Assembly: GCA_030704615.1 (NCBI GenBank)
Contig: CM060732.1
Span: 76,694,001-76,758,000 of the forward strand
Direction of reading: 5' to 3'
Origin: Takakia lepidozioides
Taxonomy: Eukaryota; Plantae; Bryophyta
Length of the DNA stretch: 64,000 bases
In this document: positions 46,663 to 61,052 of the stretch, piece after piece
How the letters are laid out: the number at the start of each line of letters is the position of its first letter
How positions within the stretch are numbered: the stretch's first letter is position 1
Made by a program: the position numbers and the translations under genes
The notes under the pieces: model-generated
Seen by the model: only the letters and a program-made list of their open reading frames with translations
Database searches by the model: none
Told to the model about the DNA's origin: nothing

Positions 46663-47466
46663 GCCCGACACTGAAAGCTTGATGACAATGCTGGCTGTAA
46701 AGACACAGAAAGTGGGGATTGGAGGCGCCAGATGAAGTCACCTACAGGAACTGTGACCACCTCACGTGTGTGAAGTTAAGTTTCTTCTTCATAAGAAGGA
46801 TCTGCATATGTATGGAGACGGTTCCTGTCCAGTGAACGGTCAAGAGGAATTACGAAGGTCCCTTTCAGGAGAGCATGTGGGGGGAGAGATTGTTCTGGAT
46901 CAGGGGAATGGATTCAAATGCCCTTGACCTGTTGAAGTGACTGCAATAAGTGCTAGAGTCTGAAATTATAGCAGGCCATGCACTGTGCAGGGCAATTTCA
47001 ATCTTCAATACAGCAGTTGGCATTTGTATATGCTACCCCTGATCACCTACGGATATGTACTTAAGGAGCAATCCTCCTGATTTTCCGGCCAAGACACAAT
47101 GCAAGCCATGGCCATTTTTGTCACCAACTGCCCTAGCATGTGTTTAGCTAATGTTCATCAATGCTAGACTGGAGAAGTCCCACCTGCTCAGCAGGAGCAA
47201 AAACTGTTTTTGTTCTTATGTCTCCTTCCAGCAGTACTTCTCTCATATATGGGAAAAATCGGACATCCAAGACGCATTTTCCTTAGACCGTGAAGGGATG
47301 GACACATCTGCCAGGAAAGCTCCAATTTATTCCTTCCAACAGCTTTAAACATAAATTCAATGACCATCACTGGATGTTTCTGATGATAAAACATATCCAG
47401 GTCCACGAATTAAACGTATAATTTTAACAAGTTGCAGAGAAAGAGAACCCAGGGTAGTCTATCCAG

Positions 47467-49499
47467 TTAAGCTGCCTTAGCTTTCGGTTTCTGGTTGGTG
47501 TGAGAATACAAAAAGGTTCCAAAAATGGCTATGGCAGATCCGACTGCATTGAGGGGCTGGATGGGATTCCGAAAGGCTATCACAGATGCTATGATAACTA
47601 CAACTCTCTTCATGGTGTTCCCTACAGAGAAAGTCAGAGGGCTGATTCCATCCAGAGCCTGATAAGAGGACTGGTTGTAGAGATGGTAGAATATGCCAGA
47701 CACGATCACCCATAAATGGAAAGTAGATGCTTGCCCCACTGTCACGATCGCCTGCTTATAGCCTGTGACCCACTGTGAGCCTTCAAGAACTATGGCAACA
47801 GGGAAGAGGTAGATGAAAGACAACCATGTAATCCACCCATACAGATTGATGCCGTCAAACTCCTTGAAATTTGTCAGGCTCTTTTTAGAGTAAATGTTGC
47901 GAAGCACAAAGCCGACATTGCTAATCATGGCAGTTGAGAGGCCCCCAACATTGAAAGAAACTTCAGTAAGTGCGGCCAGAGAGACACCCCCAACAATGGG
48001 TAATAGAGAGAGCCAGACGCCAATTGGATATGTCTGTCCCAGAAAGGATGAAAATATCACTGAGAAAACAGGCTCTGCTGATTTGACAATGTGAGTGAAG
48101 GAGACTGCCACTTTGGAGAACGACACACATGCGGCAATGTGACCCACCTGGGATATGTCACCACAAGCACAGGTGTCAAGAATACTCTGGACACAGCACT
48201 ACAAAATTAATCTCATTCGTAATTGTGCAAGAAAAGAGAGTACCCCAAACTACCAAAAACTTCAAAAGAAAAACTAAAATCAGTGCTGAAGCACCACCCA
48301 CCGTGTGGAAAAATGCAGGCAGGAGCAGTGCTCTCAGAAACTCCTTGTTGACAGGTGGGCATGGCTGTAGCTTCAATCCCCACAGGCCCAGCATCCATAT
48401 CCCACCTGCCAACAGCTGGAACGAGGCCAACAGCCAAGGAAAGTTGAACACATTCAGTGTTTTCTTGTTGTAAATGTTGAATATGATGTTGTAGAGATAC
48501 CACAGCCCGAAGTATGTTCCCAGTTGCAGTGTTGACAATTGTCTGCTGCCCTCGTCTTTGTCTCCCTCTAAGGCACCCGCGCTGGTTGCCTCTAGACTGG
48601 CTCCTTGGCCTTCCACCTCACTGGCATCACTGGCACCAGCTGAACAAACCCATTTCTGGCCACCAGATGTCTTTCCTGCTTTCCTCGTAGGTTAAGTGGT
48701 TGTTACTACTATGCTACCAAAAATATGCTCTGTGCCATGGGCCTTCGGGACTCCTGTACACACACTACATTTCTTCTTCTCCTCTTCTCTTCAGTATTCT
48801 GGGAGTAGCTCTAGATAAACGATTCCAACAGACAAAAGTTGAATAAAAATACTTTGTACAAAAGATGGGCGAGAAACAAATTGTGGAAGGTAGTTCACAA
48901 AGTCAAACCATTCATGGTTATAACGCTGGGAATGCTCAAGCCTTTACTAAAATAGGGCACCACCAGCTGAGAATTCTGGAAACTGGGTGAGGGATAACTG
49001 CCTCTCTCTCAGAATGTCACCCCCTTTTTCTTTCCCACTTTATCCCCTATCTACTGATTATTTGGGGGGTCCATATGTGCAGCAGAGAGACCACAACAGA
49101 TTGCATGCAGGACTCCAACGCCCCTTCATTCCTCTCTCGCATACCCAGGCATATCCAATAGAATGAGGTTTCTGGAAGGAGGTAGAACTCCTTACCTGAA
49201 GACCTTGTGATCAGAGAAGGCCAGTGGGCATTCGTGACCAGGCTTTCAAACCTATATTTCGTCATCGATAGCTGGACCGCATCCCTCTTACATGAACCAA
49301 TTTTGGACAATCTCGTTCCCAAAAACCCACTTGGAAGGTGATTTCTGGGTGCAATTTCCAAGCGTGAAAAAGCCAGAGAGTGGGCCATACCGGCCCCATT
49401 ACACGAAGACAACATTGAAGAGGTGATGGACACATGAGGATGCTGCAAGGCAGTCCCACAGAGTTGCTGAGTTGACAGCATATGAACACATGACGCCAT
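47467..49499 (-). CDS. XPT: Plastid xylulose 5-phosphate/phosphate translocator; exons 49499-49196, 48639-48302, 48147-47467
   Basis: 'GHIAACVSFSKVAVSFTHIVKSAEPVFSVIFSSFLG', 'AMISNVGFVLRNIYSKKSL', 'YHLYNQSSYQALD.ISPLTFSVGNTMKRV' are XPT-diagnostic; transit peptide in exon 1. Confidence 0.92.
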
Positions 49500-49802
49500 C
49501 CCTCTCACCACTCCCCCCCCTTATTCCTTGTCCGGCATTCCCTCAGCCCAATCTCTCTCTCTCTCTCTCTCACACTTTCTGTGCACCCACTGTGATTTTT
49601 AAAACACCCCAAAAGCTCGAGAGAGAAGGAAAGGATGAGACAGACAGAGGTCTGCAAGGGGAGCCAATGCAGATCACTGGGAAGGCCAAGTGTCCCCTGT
49701 CCCAACTCTTCCTGTCCCTCTCTCTATGTGTATTTGGGATTAATAGTAAAAACGATTTAAAATAATTACTGAAATATTTATTCCTGCTAAGCGAGGCTTC
49801 AT

Positions 49803-49811
49803 GCCACGTGG
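49803..49811. promoter_or_regulatory. G-box (GCCACGTGG) in the divergent XPT/NOT3 intergenic region
   Basis: Perfect CACGTG core about 300 bp upstream of the XPT ATG. Confidence 0.4.
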
Positions 49812-50663
49812 AAATCAGTGGGTGGCCCAAAGCTACAGCGTAGGGGCTACCCTATCTATATGGGCACCACACAAAATCTTTGAAAACGAATATACTGGGC
49901 TTGAAGAGAATGTACTAAGATGGTCCCATGAATGATTCAGGTGTACATGAAATTAACCTTCATGCAGGTAGTCCCATGAATTATTGAGATATCTACAATC
50001 ATAATAATAAGGTATTTTCTTATTGCTTGTTTTTGGCAGAGGAAACCACAGGGGACGTGAATATATTTAAAATAGTAGCATTAATGGATGAACGTGCCTA
50101 GGTGCTATGTGGTGGAGTTGTCATCCAGGTAGAGCTCATCCAAATCCCGACGCTTCCATTACGTGTCCTGCCCGGGCGAGCAGAGCACATGTTTTACGAT
50201 GCTGCCCGTAAACCCGTCTCTGGTCTCTGCCACTCTTGGCCTGGAGCTCCTGCGAGAAATCGGTTCGGAGGAAATCAGGGTTGGTCTGGGGGATTGTTCA
50301 ACATGTGAGGTCGAAGGGATTTTTTGTGGATTGGGGGAGTGAGATGGAGGTGGAGATAAACTGGAATTTTTAAGAGCTGTTGGAGTTTCTTGAGACTGGA
50401 TTGGACGCTAGTTTTAGTGAGGTAGGTGGAATTTTTTTCTAAAGGGAGTACACCATAGTGCTGGAATTTCGAGGATCGGTTATGAATTGAGCATTCCGCC
50501 GGATGTGGAAGAAGTGTTGGAGTTCTTTGACATCTGGGAGCTGGACGTGCAGAATGTGAAAGATTGAGACACAGTGTGTGCGCTAGGATTGTGGAAGCGT
50601 TTTAAGTATGAGGGAATGAGGTTTTGACGGTCTGTGGAGGCCTTCCAGGAGGAAGCAGACACC

Positions 50664-53600
50664 ATGGGGGCAACACGCAAGCTCCAAGGAGAAATTGACA
50701 GAGTCTTGAAGAAAGTGCAAGAAGGTGTTGATGTTTTTGACAGCATCTGGAATAAGGTCTCATTCCCCCGCTCTCCGCCCCCCTCCTTTACCTCCATCTC
50801 AAGGCATTAGAGACAGTCGTACTCTCTGTTGCGTATGGCGCGCAACTTTGCAATTTTGCAACGTTGCCAAGGGTGTACTCCTGAGGCAGCTAGAGACATG
50901 TTTCTTGGTATACTAGGCCTGTGACTAGTTTCGGCAGCTAATCTTACTTTTATAATACTAAGAGACTGATTATGAGTGACCCCTGTTCCACTGTATCTGT
51001 AAGCTCCTCCTGTGGCTATTTCTTTGAGTACATTCTGTCTCTATCTCAGCCTTGCCCTGTGACGGTCCTTCTGCAATTCTTTGTTTCGCCAGCCTCTTGA
51101 TTTTGAGTGTAGATTCGCATTGGCCTGTCTTTGGGAGGTTTGAAAACACTAAGAGGTTTGTTGCTTCTCACATCATGTGGAGAGCGTCTGCATGCGGCCA
51201 ACGTTTTGGTCTTTGGCAAACATTTGCAGAAAAGCTTGGTAAGTCGGTCAATTTTGTTTGATATCATCCATACAGACTTAACATCTGGAACCTCCCCAGC
51301 AGTGCATAGTTCTATGGGCACTGCAGCATTCTCAGAAAGAGAATGTACTCATAAGACTTTGTTTGCCGTAGCCTTGTGGCCGTAGACCTCATGCCCCTTT
51401 GGACAGAAACATAGGGAATAGGCAATACCCTTGTGAGGGGCTCACACCAGTTGTGTGACTTCCCTTCATAAATTCTCTGAAAGAGAGACAGACATAGAGA
51501 CAGTAGGCAGGCAGATGGATTGACAGAAGCTCACCAACCAAAATTTAACTCTCTCGACAACCGTTTAGCTGACTGTCATGGCCTTCACTTCAAGGAGGCC
51601 TTCAAAATCAGCGGCCAATGTAATGTGGAAAGACAGTTAGGTGGAATTAAGTTTTCTTTGATGTTGTGCTTTAGGATCAAATTTGCATGGAAATTTGAAC
51701 ATGAAAGGAAGGGCTGACCCTGAAAGAGGCACGCAATGTGCTTGGGGAGCATAGGTCTATGACACAGAGAATGCAAATCAAAAGGAAAAGTTTGAGGCAG
51801 ATCTCAAGAAAGAGATCAAGAAGCTGCAACGTTATCGGGACCAAATCAAGACTTGGATTCAGTCAAGTGAAATAAAGGACAAGAAGGTGTCTCTCCCTCC
51901 CTCTCTCTCTCACACACACACCTTGGTCACATGATCCTCACACCATCAGCTGCTGTTTTATCTCCTCTCTTGTGAGTTTTGTCCTGGTTGATTGAAACTG
52001 TGCACTGTAGCCTATAGCCGTAAGGCTCTGGTAAGGTACAGCTGGACGATCACTTCTCTCTCTGTGTTTTTCATGATCTGGCAAGAAAACTGTATGCGGA
52101 GGGAGCTAGAAGACAATTGAAAATAGGGGAATGCATCAGATGTTGACAGATGAAGTGCCTTTGCCACGCTACATAGGTTGCTGTGTCTTCTGAGCAGGCT
52201 CTACTTGATGCACGGAAGCTTATAGAACGGGAAATGGAACGTTTTAAAGTGTGTGAGAAAGAGACTAAAACGAAGGCCTTTTCAAAAGAAGGCCTGGGCC
52301 AGCAACCAAAAACTGTATGTCCTTCTTCCTTGCAATTTCTGATAACTTCAAATGTTTGTTCACTGAAAGGTTGGCGGTTTGTGAGATTTGGTAGCAATTC
52401 ACCCTTCCACCAGCAAGACACTAATGCTCAGTACTTCAGCGTTAACTCTGTTCTTTTTGTCCCATCAGTTTGAAAGTGTCCAGCTGTCACAACAGATGTG
52501 TTTAACCCAGTGAAGGAAGTGGTTAACGCCCAGCAATGCAATGACAGGCTACTTCATCCTTTCTGCATATGGTATGTATCATGGTTCTTGCAGGATCCAA
52601 GGGAAAAAGCTAAAGGCGAGTCACGTGATTGGCTGAATAACATGGTAAATACCTTTTTACCAACCTGTCAGATTGATCAATAGCTGATGGTAGTCTATTC
52701 TGAAAATTTTCTACCAGGATTTTTGCAGATTGCGGGGTCGACATCGCATTCTTTTTCTTTTGGTGGAGGGGATTGAGGTTCCTGTTGATAACATGTTCTT
52801 GGTGTTTGTTTGAACAGTCCAACTGTTGGTAGCTGTCAAGCAACTGATGTGGCAGTACTTGATATTGCAGGTCAGTGAGTTGGAATCACAAATTGACTCG
52901 TTTGAGGCAGAGATGGAAGGTCTTCAAGTTAAAAAGGGCAAGGCTCGGCCTCCACGTTTGGTTGGTTTCTCTGCTTGTCCTTGCTTGTTCTTCAGTCACT
53001 AAGTCGTTCCCATGTCCCTTACTGCAGCAAACAATTGCGTCTTTTTTGAGCGAAATTAGTTGCCTTGCTCCATGCACAAAACAAAATCTCATGAGTATTT
53101 CTCTTGTTAGTTCTATTGCGGACTGTAGGGCCACTGGCCTCCTCTGACAGTAAATTTCTGTCTTCTCTTATATACGTTCAGCTTTTGGTCTATTCAAAAT
53201 TATCAAGCACAGACTTCTGTACTCTGAAGTGAGCAGCATTATTTGTCTGGTTGTTTCTATGATTTGAATACTAAATTACGTCTTGGCTGAGTCTTCCCAG
53301 TGTGAAACAGAAACTCTGTACACCTTGACCCTCTGTTCGAAAGTGATGAAGTCAGTGAGGAGTTATAACGGCTATTCACTGTTATACAGGATGTAGTTGA
53401 TTTGTCTCGTTCTTTTCAATTGACTCTCTTACGTGATGAAGTTAGGCAGAAAACTTCCCTGAACTTGTTTCCAGTCTGTGACATGGGGGAGGACATCTTG
53501 GATGACCTCAAGGGTCTACCCACTCTCGGCACTAGACTGAAATTTAAACTCAGGGCAGGAAGCCTACCTTTGAACAGCAAACAGAAGCAGAGAGGAAAGG

Positions 53601-56600
53601 GAGAGTGCAATTGCCCGTTGTGTGGGCAATCTGCCTGTACCCCTGTTTACCAACTTTGAAAGTCTCGAGGCTGAGCCAAAAGCCCAGGCCCTCCTGAGGC
53701 CTAGTTTTTGGGCAAATCACACACAGCAGATTGATGCTTGTGTGAAGGGATTGCTAGAGGATATCTGGATAACCCAGATTAATTCTTGATATGGAGGTAA
53801 GTCTTACTACCAACGTCAGCCCCTGACAGAGGTAGGTTCTGTCCCTTTTGTTCCCGCTCAAACTGGGCGCGGGGTCAATGGCCACAAGGCTACGGCAAAC
53901 AACGTCTTATGAGTACAATCTCTTAAGTGATTCTTTCTGGTTTCCTTCCTCTTTTATTGTTTCCCAAGTGTTTTTCCTTGAGGTTCTGTCCCGGTGCCTA
54001 AAGTTTTCCTTACCTTTGATATGGCTACCTCTTTTTGTCTTTGGTTGGCTCTCAAATATATTAGTTAAGAGATTACTAGGCTCTCACATTGATATATGTT
54101 TTGCTTTTTTCTTCTCTCCACCTGTCTCCTTTTACCGCTTTTTTTTCAGCGTGACTGCACTGCAAGCCTAGCCACGTTTCCCGATTTTGTTCTAGGGTAG
54201 GCGACCACATATTAGGGTTGAACACATTATATTCTTCTAGGAAGTTTGATGTCAATGTGAGGCACTCTTTGCAAACTGATCAGCACTGATGGTTGACTGT
54301 GTGCAAGCACTATAGGAATCTTGAACAAGTTCCATCTCCTGGTAGGGTAAAACGCCAAAATTGACCTCTGTATCCAGTGGGGAGTGTGCCTTTGAGGGTG
54401 TGTCATATCCAACTTTTGAAGCAACTTGTCCTTAGGGATCTCTCTCTACATGGCATCATTTTGTGGGTCTTATTTCCATGTGGTCTGAATGGAGGAAACA
54501 GACACATTTGGAGGAGTCAATTGCAAGGCACAAGCTGCACATAATAAAGCTGGAGCTTATTCTACGCCTCTTGGATAATGACGAATTAAGCCCTGATCAG
54601 GTCAATGATGTGAAAGACTTTGTTGAGGACTATGTGGAGCGCAATCAGGTATCATACCTTTTTGGCGGACTGTACGTGTACCAAAGCTATAGTTTTGTTT
54701 TTTTTTTCATCCTTCACCCTGTTTGTTTCTTAGGATCTCCACACTTTGAGCATCACCCCAATATACCTAGTTGTGAATCTCAATCAAGAGGACTGCCGTT
54801 GATGCCACAAGCAAACAGAGGCTAGCTTGGCAGTGTTTTTTAGCAAACTGACTTAACTGTTAGTTGTGTGGCTGTTGGCTGCCCGTCAGGATGACTTTGA
54901 GGACTTTGCAGATGTCGATGAGCTCTACCAATCACTGCCCCTTGATAAGATGGAAGCTCTGGAAAATTTGGATGCCATCCCAAATGTGTCTCCAGGTATT
55001 GTTCTTAAGGTAATATCCAGGACTTTTCTGCTTTCTCTCTGTGGATTATGTACGTTTATGGCAATGAAAGATGAAGCAACAATACTTTAATAGACTGTTG
55101 AATGTCTAATTTTTGCTTGACTGATTGGTTTTTGGATATCATGCGAAGGCAATTTCGGGTATAGATGTATTTGTTTCAGTAATATGCAAGAGAGAGGGAG
55201 AAGAACTTGAAAGGAGCCTGGGATAGGAGTGCAGGTTTCTGTTGCAGTAGCTACTAACATGAGTGCTCCTCCAACTGGTTCAAGTTTGAACCCTTCCATG
55301 TTGTGTCACTTATGCAACATGCTGCAAGCCTAGCTCCTCCTGGGTTGGAACTTCTTAAATTGTGTCTCCACGATATTTGTATAGAGCATGCCCATACAGA
55401 GTCTGATATCTAAGCATCTCAAAACAGGTAGCAGGAGGCACAGGGATGTCACCATTAGTGTCTCCGTCATCATCACAAGCACAAGCTCTTGAGGAGGGTG
55501 CGATCTCAGAGGCTTCCACGGAGTCCCCTGGGGCTCATGCACCTACGGTCCCTATATTGGGAAGTCCTCCCACAAGTGGAGAATTTTCTGAACTGCAAGT
55601 GGCCGGGTCAGCAGCTGGCCCTTTAGCAGATGCAGTGGCTTCAGTGGCTGGAAATACAACTCTGTCGTCCGGTTTGGGTGCTGCTTCCACAGGAGGAAGC
55701 CTTCCAGGTTCTTTGTCACCAAGGCTATTCTCTTCAAAACCATCCATTACACCAACAGGTCCACAAGCCGACACAGTCAGTTTCTCAGGCAGGACAAAGG
55801 AGGAGGAGGTCGGAGGGCTTGTTGGTCAGAGAGTAGGTTCTGGAATTGGAGAAGGGGTTCCCGGTAGAGGAGCTGTTGGATCGGCCCAGTCACCACCCCT
55901 CGTTACGGGAGCCCTGGCCAATGTACTTGGTGGCAGTACTTCTGGGGCAATGTCTTCGGTGCTGGATTTGAATAAGAGGGGTGGGAATCTCACACAGCTG
56001 ACAAGTTCTCTGGTCAACCCTAGCCGGGGTTTCATGCAGACAGGTGGGAAGATGGGAGAAAGCAGTGGCACCATTGTGGATGCTGTGGGGACCACAGAAG
56101 GGGGTCATATGTTTACGCCGTCCGGTGGGCAATGGAGATCACACTCTTCAAGCGCTTTCCAAGTACAGGCTGAGACCGTAAGAAGCATGGCCTCTGTCAG
56201 ATGTGTGTCCTTCTGTCTGACTTCTTTGTCACAGACAAAATGGCCATGAGAAGTTGCTTATACATACATAGTTGTGTCAAGCAGATCAATGTGACAGCTC
56301 TGTCAGTCCGTTAGTGACAAAACCTCATGAAGGGAGGAACTCCAGTGGACTGGTATGTTCCCTTAAATCTTCATGTATACTAACATTTGGCATGAGGGAA
56401 TGGGAATGGGCCAGGGCCAATACAATGCTCGCAGTGAGATCTCACCTGATCAGAGACAGAAGTATCTGCAACGATTTCAGCAAGTACACCAGCAAGGTCA
56501 CAATGAAGGTGCCTTGCTTGGCGGAGCAGGGTCACCCCAGATCCCTCTCGCTGGCCCCTCTACAAAGCAGCCACCAGTTCTCCCATCTCAACCCCAATCA

Positions 56601-59600
56601 GCACTTCTGCAGCAGGTAACAGATGACTTTCATTTCCATGTTGGTAGGAATTTGGTGAAAACTGGAGGACATTGTGTGATGTAGGTTGTTTGGTTTGATC
56701 CAGCTTTGTATTCTGGTGCATGATCCTTGGACTTGCTATTCTGCATAGTGTGGAGCAGCTCTGGAACCTTCACTCATCCATTCATTTGGGGTCTCTGTTG
56801 TTGAGCAGCCTCAGATTCAAATTCTGCAGCAGCAAACTTCCAGCATTCCAGCCTCTCAAAGTGCAGCATTGCAACACCAGTCATCAATGGGCTTGGCAAC
56901 AAGCGTGCAGGCTCCTTCCCCGGCTTCCACACCTCCTATACCATCTGTGCAGGCCCAGGGCTTGCAGTTGGCCATGCCCCAGCCTTCTAATCAGCAGTTC
57001 CAAGAACAACTCTCCCTTTCTTCGGCAATATCTTTGATTGACAATGGTCTGAGATACCTTGCAATACCACCCCCAATAATAAATCAATGCTTTTCTCTTT
57101 CTGCTTTTGTAGATTGTAATATGAAAGGGGCAAGAGCCCAGACCAAACTGTATTAGAACCTCTCTTCCTGTGATTCCTCAGCAAAGCCAGGAAGTGCCTC
57201 AAACAGAGAATGTCATCAACAAAGGAGGCCTTGTGTTCCACTCAAACTCTGCATCGTCGATGGCCACAATGCTACAGCAAACGTGTTATGAGTATATTTT
57301 TCTGTCGTGGGTTAAGTACATCACCAACACACAAAGATTACATAGCTTTTCTACCCACAGTTTTGCTCATGTGGATGTCAAAGTATTTGGATCAGTAGCA
57401 TGCCTTTGAGTCAAAACTGCTTGGACGAGTCAGTCAATGCCAACATTGAATGTGTGCCTGCAGATGCAGGCAGCAGAGTTCTTGAGCAAGAAACACAGCA
57501 GTTGCCACCTCAGCAAGGACCTTTGGAGGACAGTAACAGTGACACAGCTGCATTGAGTGCGGGCTTTGCCCATACTGTACCTCTCAGTGACAAGGATCAC
57601 AAGAATGCGGACACATTTGATGTTTCAGTGAGAGGCTGTTCATTTTCCTTCATTTTCATTAGCTGGTTTTCACCTGTTTGCTTGTACTTCACATGCCTGA
57701 GACTGTTGGATTGAAATATATTCTAACTGTACGTACATATGCAGGCAGGCAGATTTCTGGTGTATTTCTTGCTTTCTAGATTACTATATAGGTGGATAAT
57801 TGGTTGGTAAGTGACAACAGGAAATTTAAAGTCATACTTCTACGGCTCATGGATAGACTCTCTGCTGTTGTGTAATCTACCCTTACTCAGAAAACAAAGG
57901 ATTACATACATGGACGACAAAGTTCGTAATCCAAGTTCTATTTGCAGGTTGATGGGCCTGGGACTCTGGCAGAGCTGAGCCAGCTATCAAGAGATGCAGA
58001 CTTTTCACCAGAGCAAGTGTTACTGCCAATGCAACCATCCCCAAGTCCAGGAGTGATAGGGAGGAGAAGCGGGACAGATCTAGGGGCGATTGGCGACAAC
58101 CTTAGTCCAACATTGGGGGGAGGGAACACCACAGCACAGCATGACCAGCTTTTCAATCTACAGGCCTTGGAGGCTGCATACCGCAACCTTCCCTTGCCCA
58201 AGGACTCTGAGCGCCCCAAGACCTACATTCCGGTACACACTCGCACAATCATTTCTCTTGACAGTTTCACTGGCAATGCAATCACAGCCATGTAGCGTCT
58301 GTTGCAAGCTAGAGGGCCAGCGGGCTGAAATCAACCTCATTCTTTGAGTGATGCCATTGCCAACCCATAAATCAACACCCAGTGCCCTGTAGCCGATTCT
58401 CATTGCTGTACACTGTGAGATTTTGGGATGAAGTTTGTAGGCCTGGGTGGACTTTAACCCCATGACTGGTTCGATGGTATGTATGCCCCAAGGACAATGG
58501 CCTTGAATGTACGTCAGAAGTAATATTTCTATGGAACAGTCACGAGTACTCTCTCTCTCTCTCTCTCTCTCAACGAAGGACCTACCTACCCTTGGCACTA
58601 GAGTGAAATTTAACTCAGGGCAGGGAGTCTTTCTTTCAACAATAAACAGATGCAGAGAGGAAATGTCAGTGCTCGATGTGCAGGCGGCCTGAAGACAATA
58701 TCCGTTTTCTGTTACATTGTCTGGGTATTCAGGACCATCAAGAACATAGTCCCTCCCCTCTGTTCACCAATTTTCCGTATCTCGAGGCTGAGCCTAAAGC
58801 CCTGTTCCCTTTTGTTCCGTCCAAACTGGCGACTGGTCTATGGCCACAAGGCTAGGGCAAACGTCTTATGAGTACATTCTCTCCCAGTCTGAGACAATAT
58901 ACAATTTCTGAGAGAATGTTCAGGGTAGAGGTATCCTCTTCAGGTACATCAAGAACATAGTCCCTCCACATCTCTTCACCAACTTTCAAAATCTCGAGGC
59001 TGAGTCTAAACCCTGGCCCTGTTGGTGTCTAACTGCTGGCCTGATGACACACAGCAGATTGATGCTTGTGTGAAGGGCTGTCTAGAGGAAATCTGGAAAG
59101 CCCGAACAAATGGTTTATATCACTACTGGAGTGAGCCCCTCACAATGTTAGTGTCTATCCCCTTTTGCTCCTCCCAAACTGGGCGTGGTGTCTATGTGGC
59201 TACTGCAAACATCATCTTTTGAGTACATTCTGTCCCTCTCCCATCCTCTCCATTTAGCCCTCCCACAAAGGTAACATGTGGCTTTCTTTTTTCCTCTTGT
59301 TATTCTTGCATCCCTCTCCGGACCTGCATCGGACACAATAAATTCTTGCTTAGGGAACCAAGAAAACAAACGTTGTATAGAGATTCACATTCATCTCAAA
59401 AGAACTCTTGTAAGGCAGGCGCCGTGGTAGCAGAGAGCAGGGAGGGAGGAGATAATATGCTTTTCACCATTTCAAATCTTTGATCATTTACAATGCCCTT
59501 TGATGAGGACTAATTTTTAAGCTCCATTTCTTTTGGGTGCTGCCTATTGCAAAAGGGGGGCCAAATTGATGTACTAGCCTTTTTGTTTTGTCTCTCTCTG

Positions 59601-61052
59601 GGCATCTACCTAGATTGAACTTTTAGGAATGATGAGCTTGAGGGGGGCACATTGATTTCACATCTTCTGATTTTCAGCTCGTCTTTTGAGGTTGTGCATG
59701 TTTGACAGACATTAGTCCATTGACAACCTGGCTCTTCTTCTTTAGCTCTCTCCTTTTCTCCTTCTCGCGTACTCAGTTATTGGACTACTGAAGGTCAAAC
59801 AGAGATGTTGGTACTGAGATTCTAGAGCATATGGCCGGATGGCAGTTAGCATAGGGTTCAATGTCACTCCCTATACTACAGACACAACTGGGTATCCATG
59901 ATGACCTGTGCCTTCCATTTGTTTCTCAGAGAAATCCAGCAATAACCCCAGCTAGCTATCCCCAAATGCAAGCGCCCAGTGTAGATAATCCGGCCTTGTG
60001 GGAGCGCTTGGACACAGATGTTCTCTTCTTTGCCTTCTACTACCAGCAGGTATACTTGTCTCTCTATCCCTCCCTTCTCTCCTGTCTTTAATGGTATCCG
60101 CAGGCTACGGCAAACAACGTCTTATGAGTACAATTTAATGGTATCCGCTCAATGGCCACAAGGCTATGGCAAACAACATCTTATGAGTACATTCTTATGT
60201 TATCCTCTCCTAGCCAGCAGTGTCACATCTGTGCCAAATTGGTAGTTGGAGCAGAGTGCTGAAATTGACATTGTGTTTTCTGGCTCGATGTCCAGCCTGC
60301 TAAGATGAGCAGACACACTGGGTACCAGCTAGTATATGGAACACTGAATTCCCTGTGACTGAGTTGTCCTTGGTTATAGGGCACCTACCAGCAGTATTTG
60401 GCAGCACGGGAGCTTAAAAAGCAGTCGTGGAGATATCACAAAAAATACAACACCTGGTTCCAGCGCCATGAGGAGCCCAAGATCACAACAGACGAATATG
60501 AACAGGGCACCTACGTATACTTTGACTTCCACATTGTTCACGATGATTTCCAACAGGGCTGGTATGACATCATTTTGTCTCTTTGTGCTCTCCCTGTATG
60601 GTATTTTGCTCTATGCAAGTGTATAATTGGAGTCTTACTGTAACCCCATAAGTTTGAAACCGGTGAGTATTTTCCATACCACCCTAGGGGAACTTGATGG
60701 TTAATTGCTTCATCATCCATCTCCAGTGAAGTTGGGGCAGTTAATACTCCTCCATGTGGTAATATCTCGGGAGTCATGCCGAAAATGGTATCAGCAAAGA
60801 TGAAGATGTCACGAGGGTCAAGCAACAAAGCCTGTTTGTTCAATAGAACCTTTACTGTAGTACGTCACCATTACATGTGTGTTCCAGACAGTGCAAGCAT
60901 GGATCGTAGACACGATTGCCAGAGTGGAGGGGAGTAGTTGATCACTGTAATTGCTGATTAGTGTGCATTGTGGTGGATGAAACAGGTGCCAACGGATTAA
61001 AACTGAGTTCACTTTTGAGTACAGCTACCTTGAGGATGAGCTTGTCGTGTGA
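50664..61052 (+). CDS. NOT3: CCR4-NOT complex subunit NOT3/NOT5, multi-exon
   Basis: [31 protein letters not shown] (50664-50756), [27 protein letters not shown] (51755-51886), [40 protein letters not shown] box [26 protein letters not shown], last exon [21 protein letters not shown]. Confidence 0.95.
51343..51471 (-). mobile_element. LINE 3'-end copy in NOT3 intron 1 with 15-bp TSD
   Basis: ATGTACTCATAAGACTTTGTTTGCCGTAGCCTTGTGGCC...; flanked by ATTCTCAGAAAGAGA (51328-51342) and ATTCTCTGAAAGAGA (51472-51486). Confidence 0.75.
53430..53922 (+). mobile_element. 5'-truncated LINE (C-terminal zinc-finger region plus 3' UTR) in a NOT3 intron
   Basis: '[24 protein letters not shown]...CPLCG' followed by the family 3' end ...GGCCACAAGGCTACGGCAAACAACGTCTTATGAGTACAATCTCT. 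Confidence 0.75.
58575..59235 (+). mobile_element. Two stacked degenerate copies of the same LINE 3' region, after a (CT)n tract
   Basis: CTACCTACCCTTGGCACTAGAGTGAAATTTAA and TCTCGAGGCTGAG segments match 53515-53700; family ends at about 58880 and 59230. Confidence 0.7.
60102..60195 (+). mobile_element. Two minimal LINE 3'-end copies in tandem
   Basis: 32-bp insert 60102-60133 flanked by TTTAATGGTATCCGC (60087-60101, 60134-60148), followed immediately by a second copy. Confidence 0.7.

Noticed and set aside
53870-53920. Hammerhead ribozyme in the LINE 3' end (CTTATGAG/GCAAAC resemble CUGAUGA/GAAA)
   Set aside because: Core nucleotides do not match and the flanking stems cannot be formed
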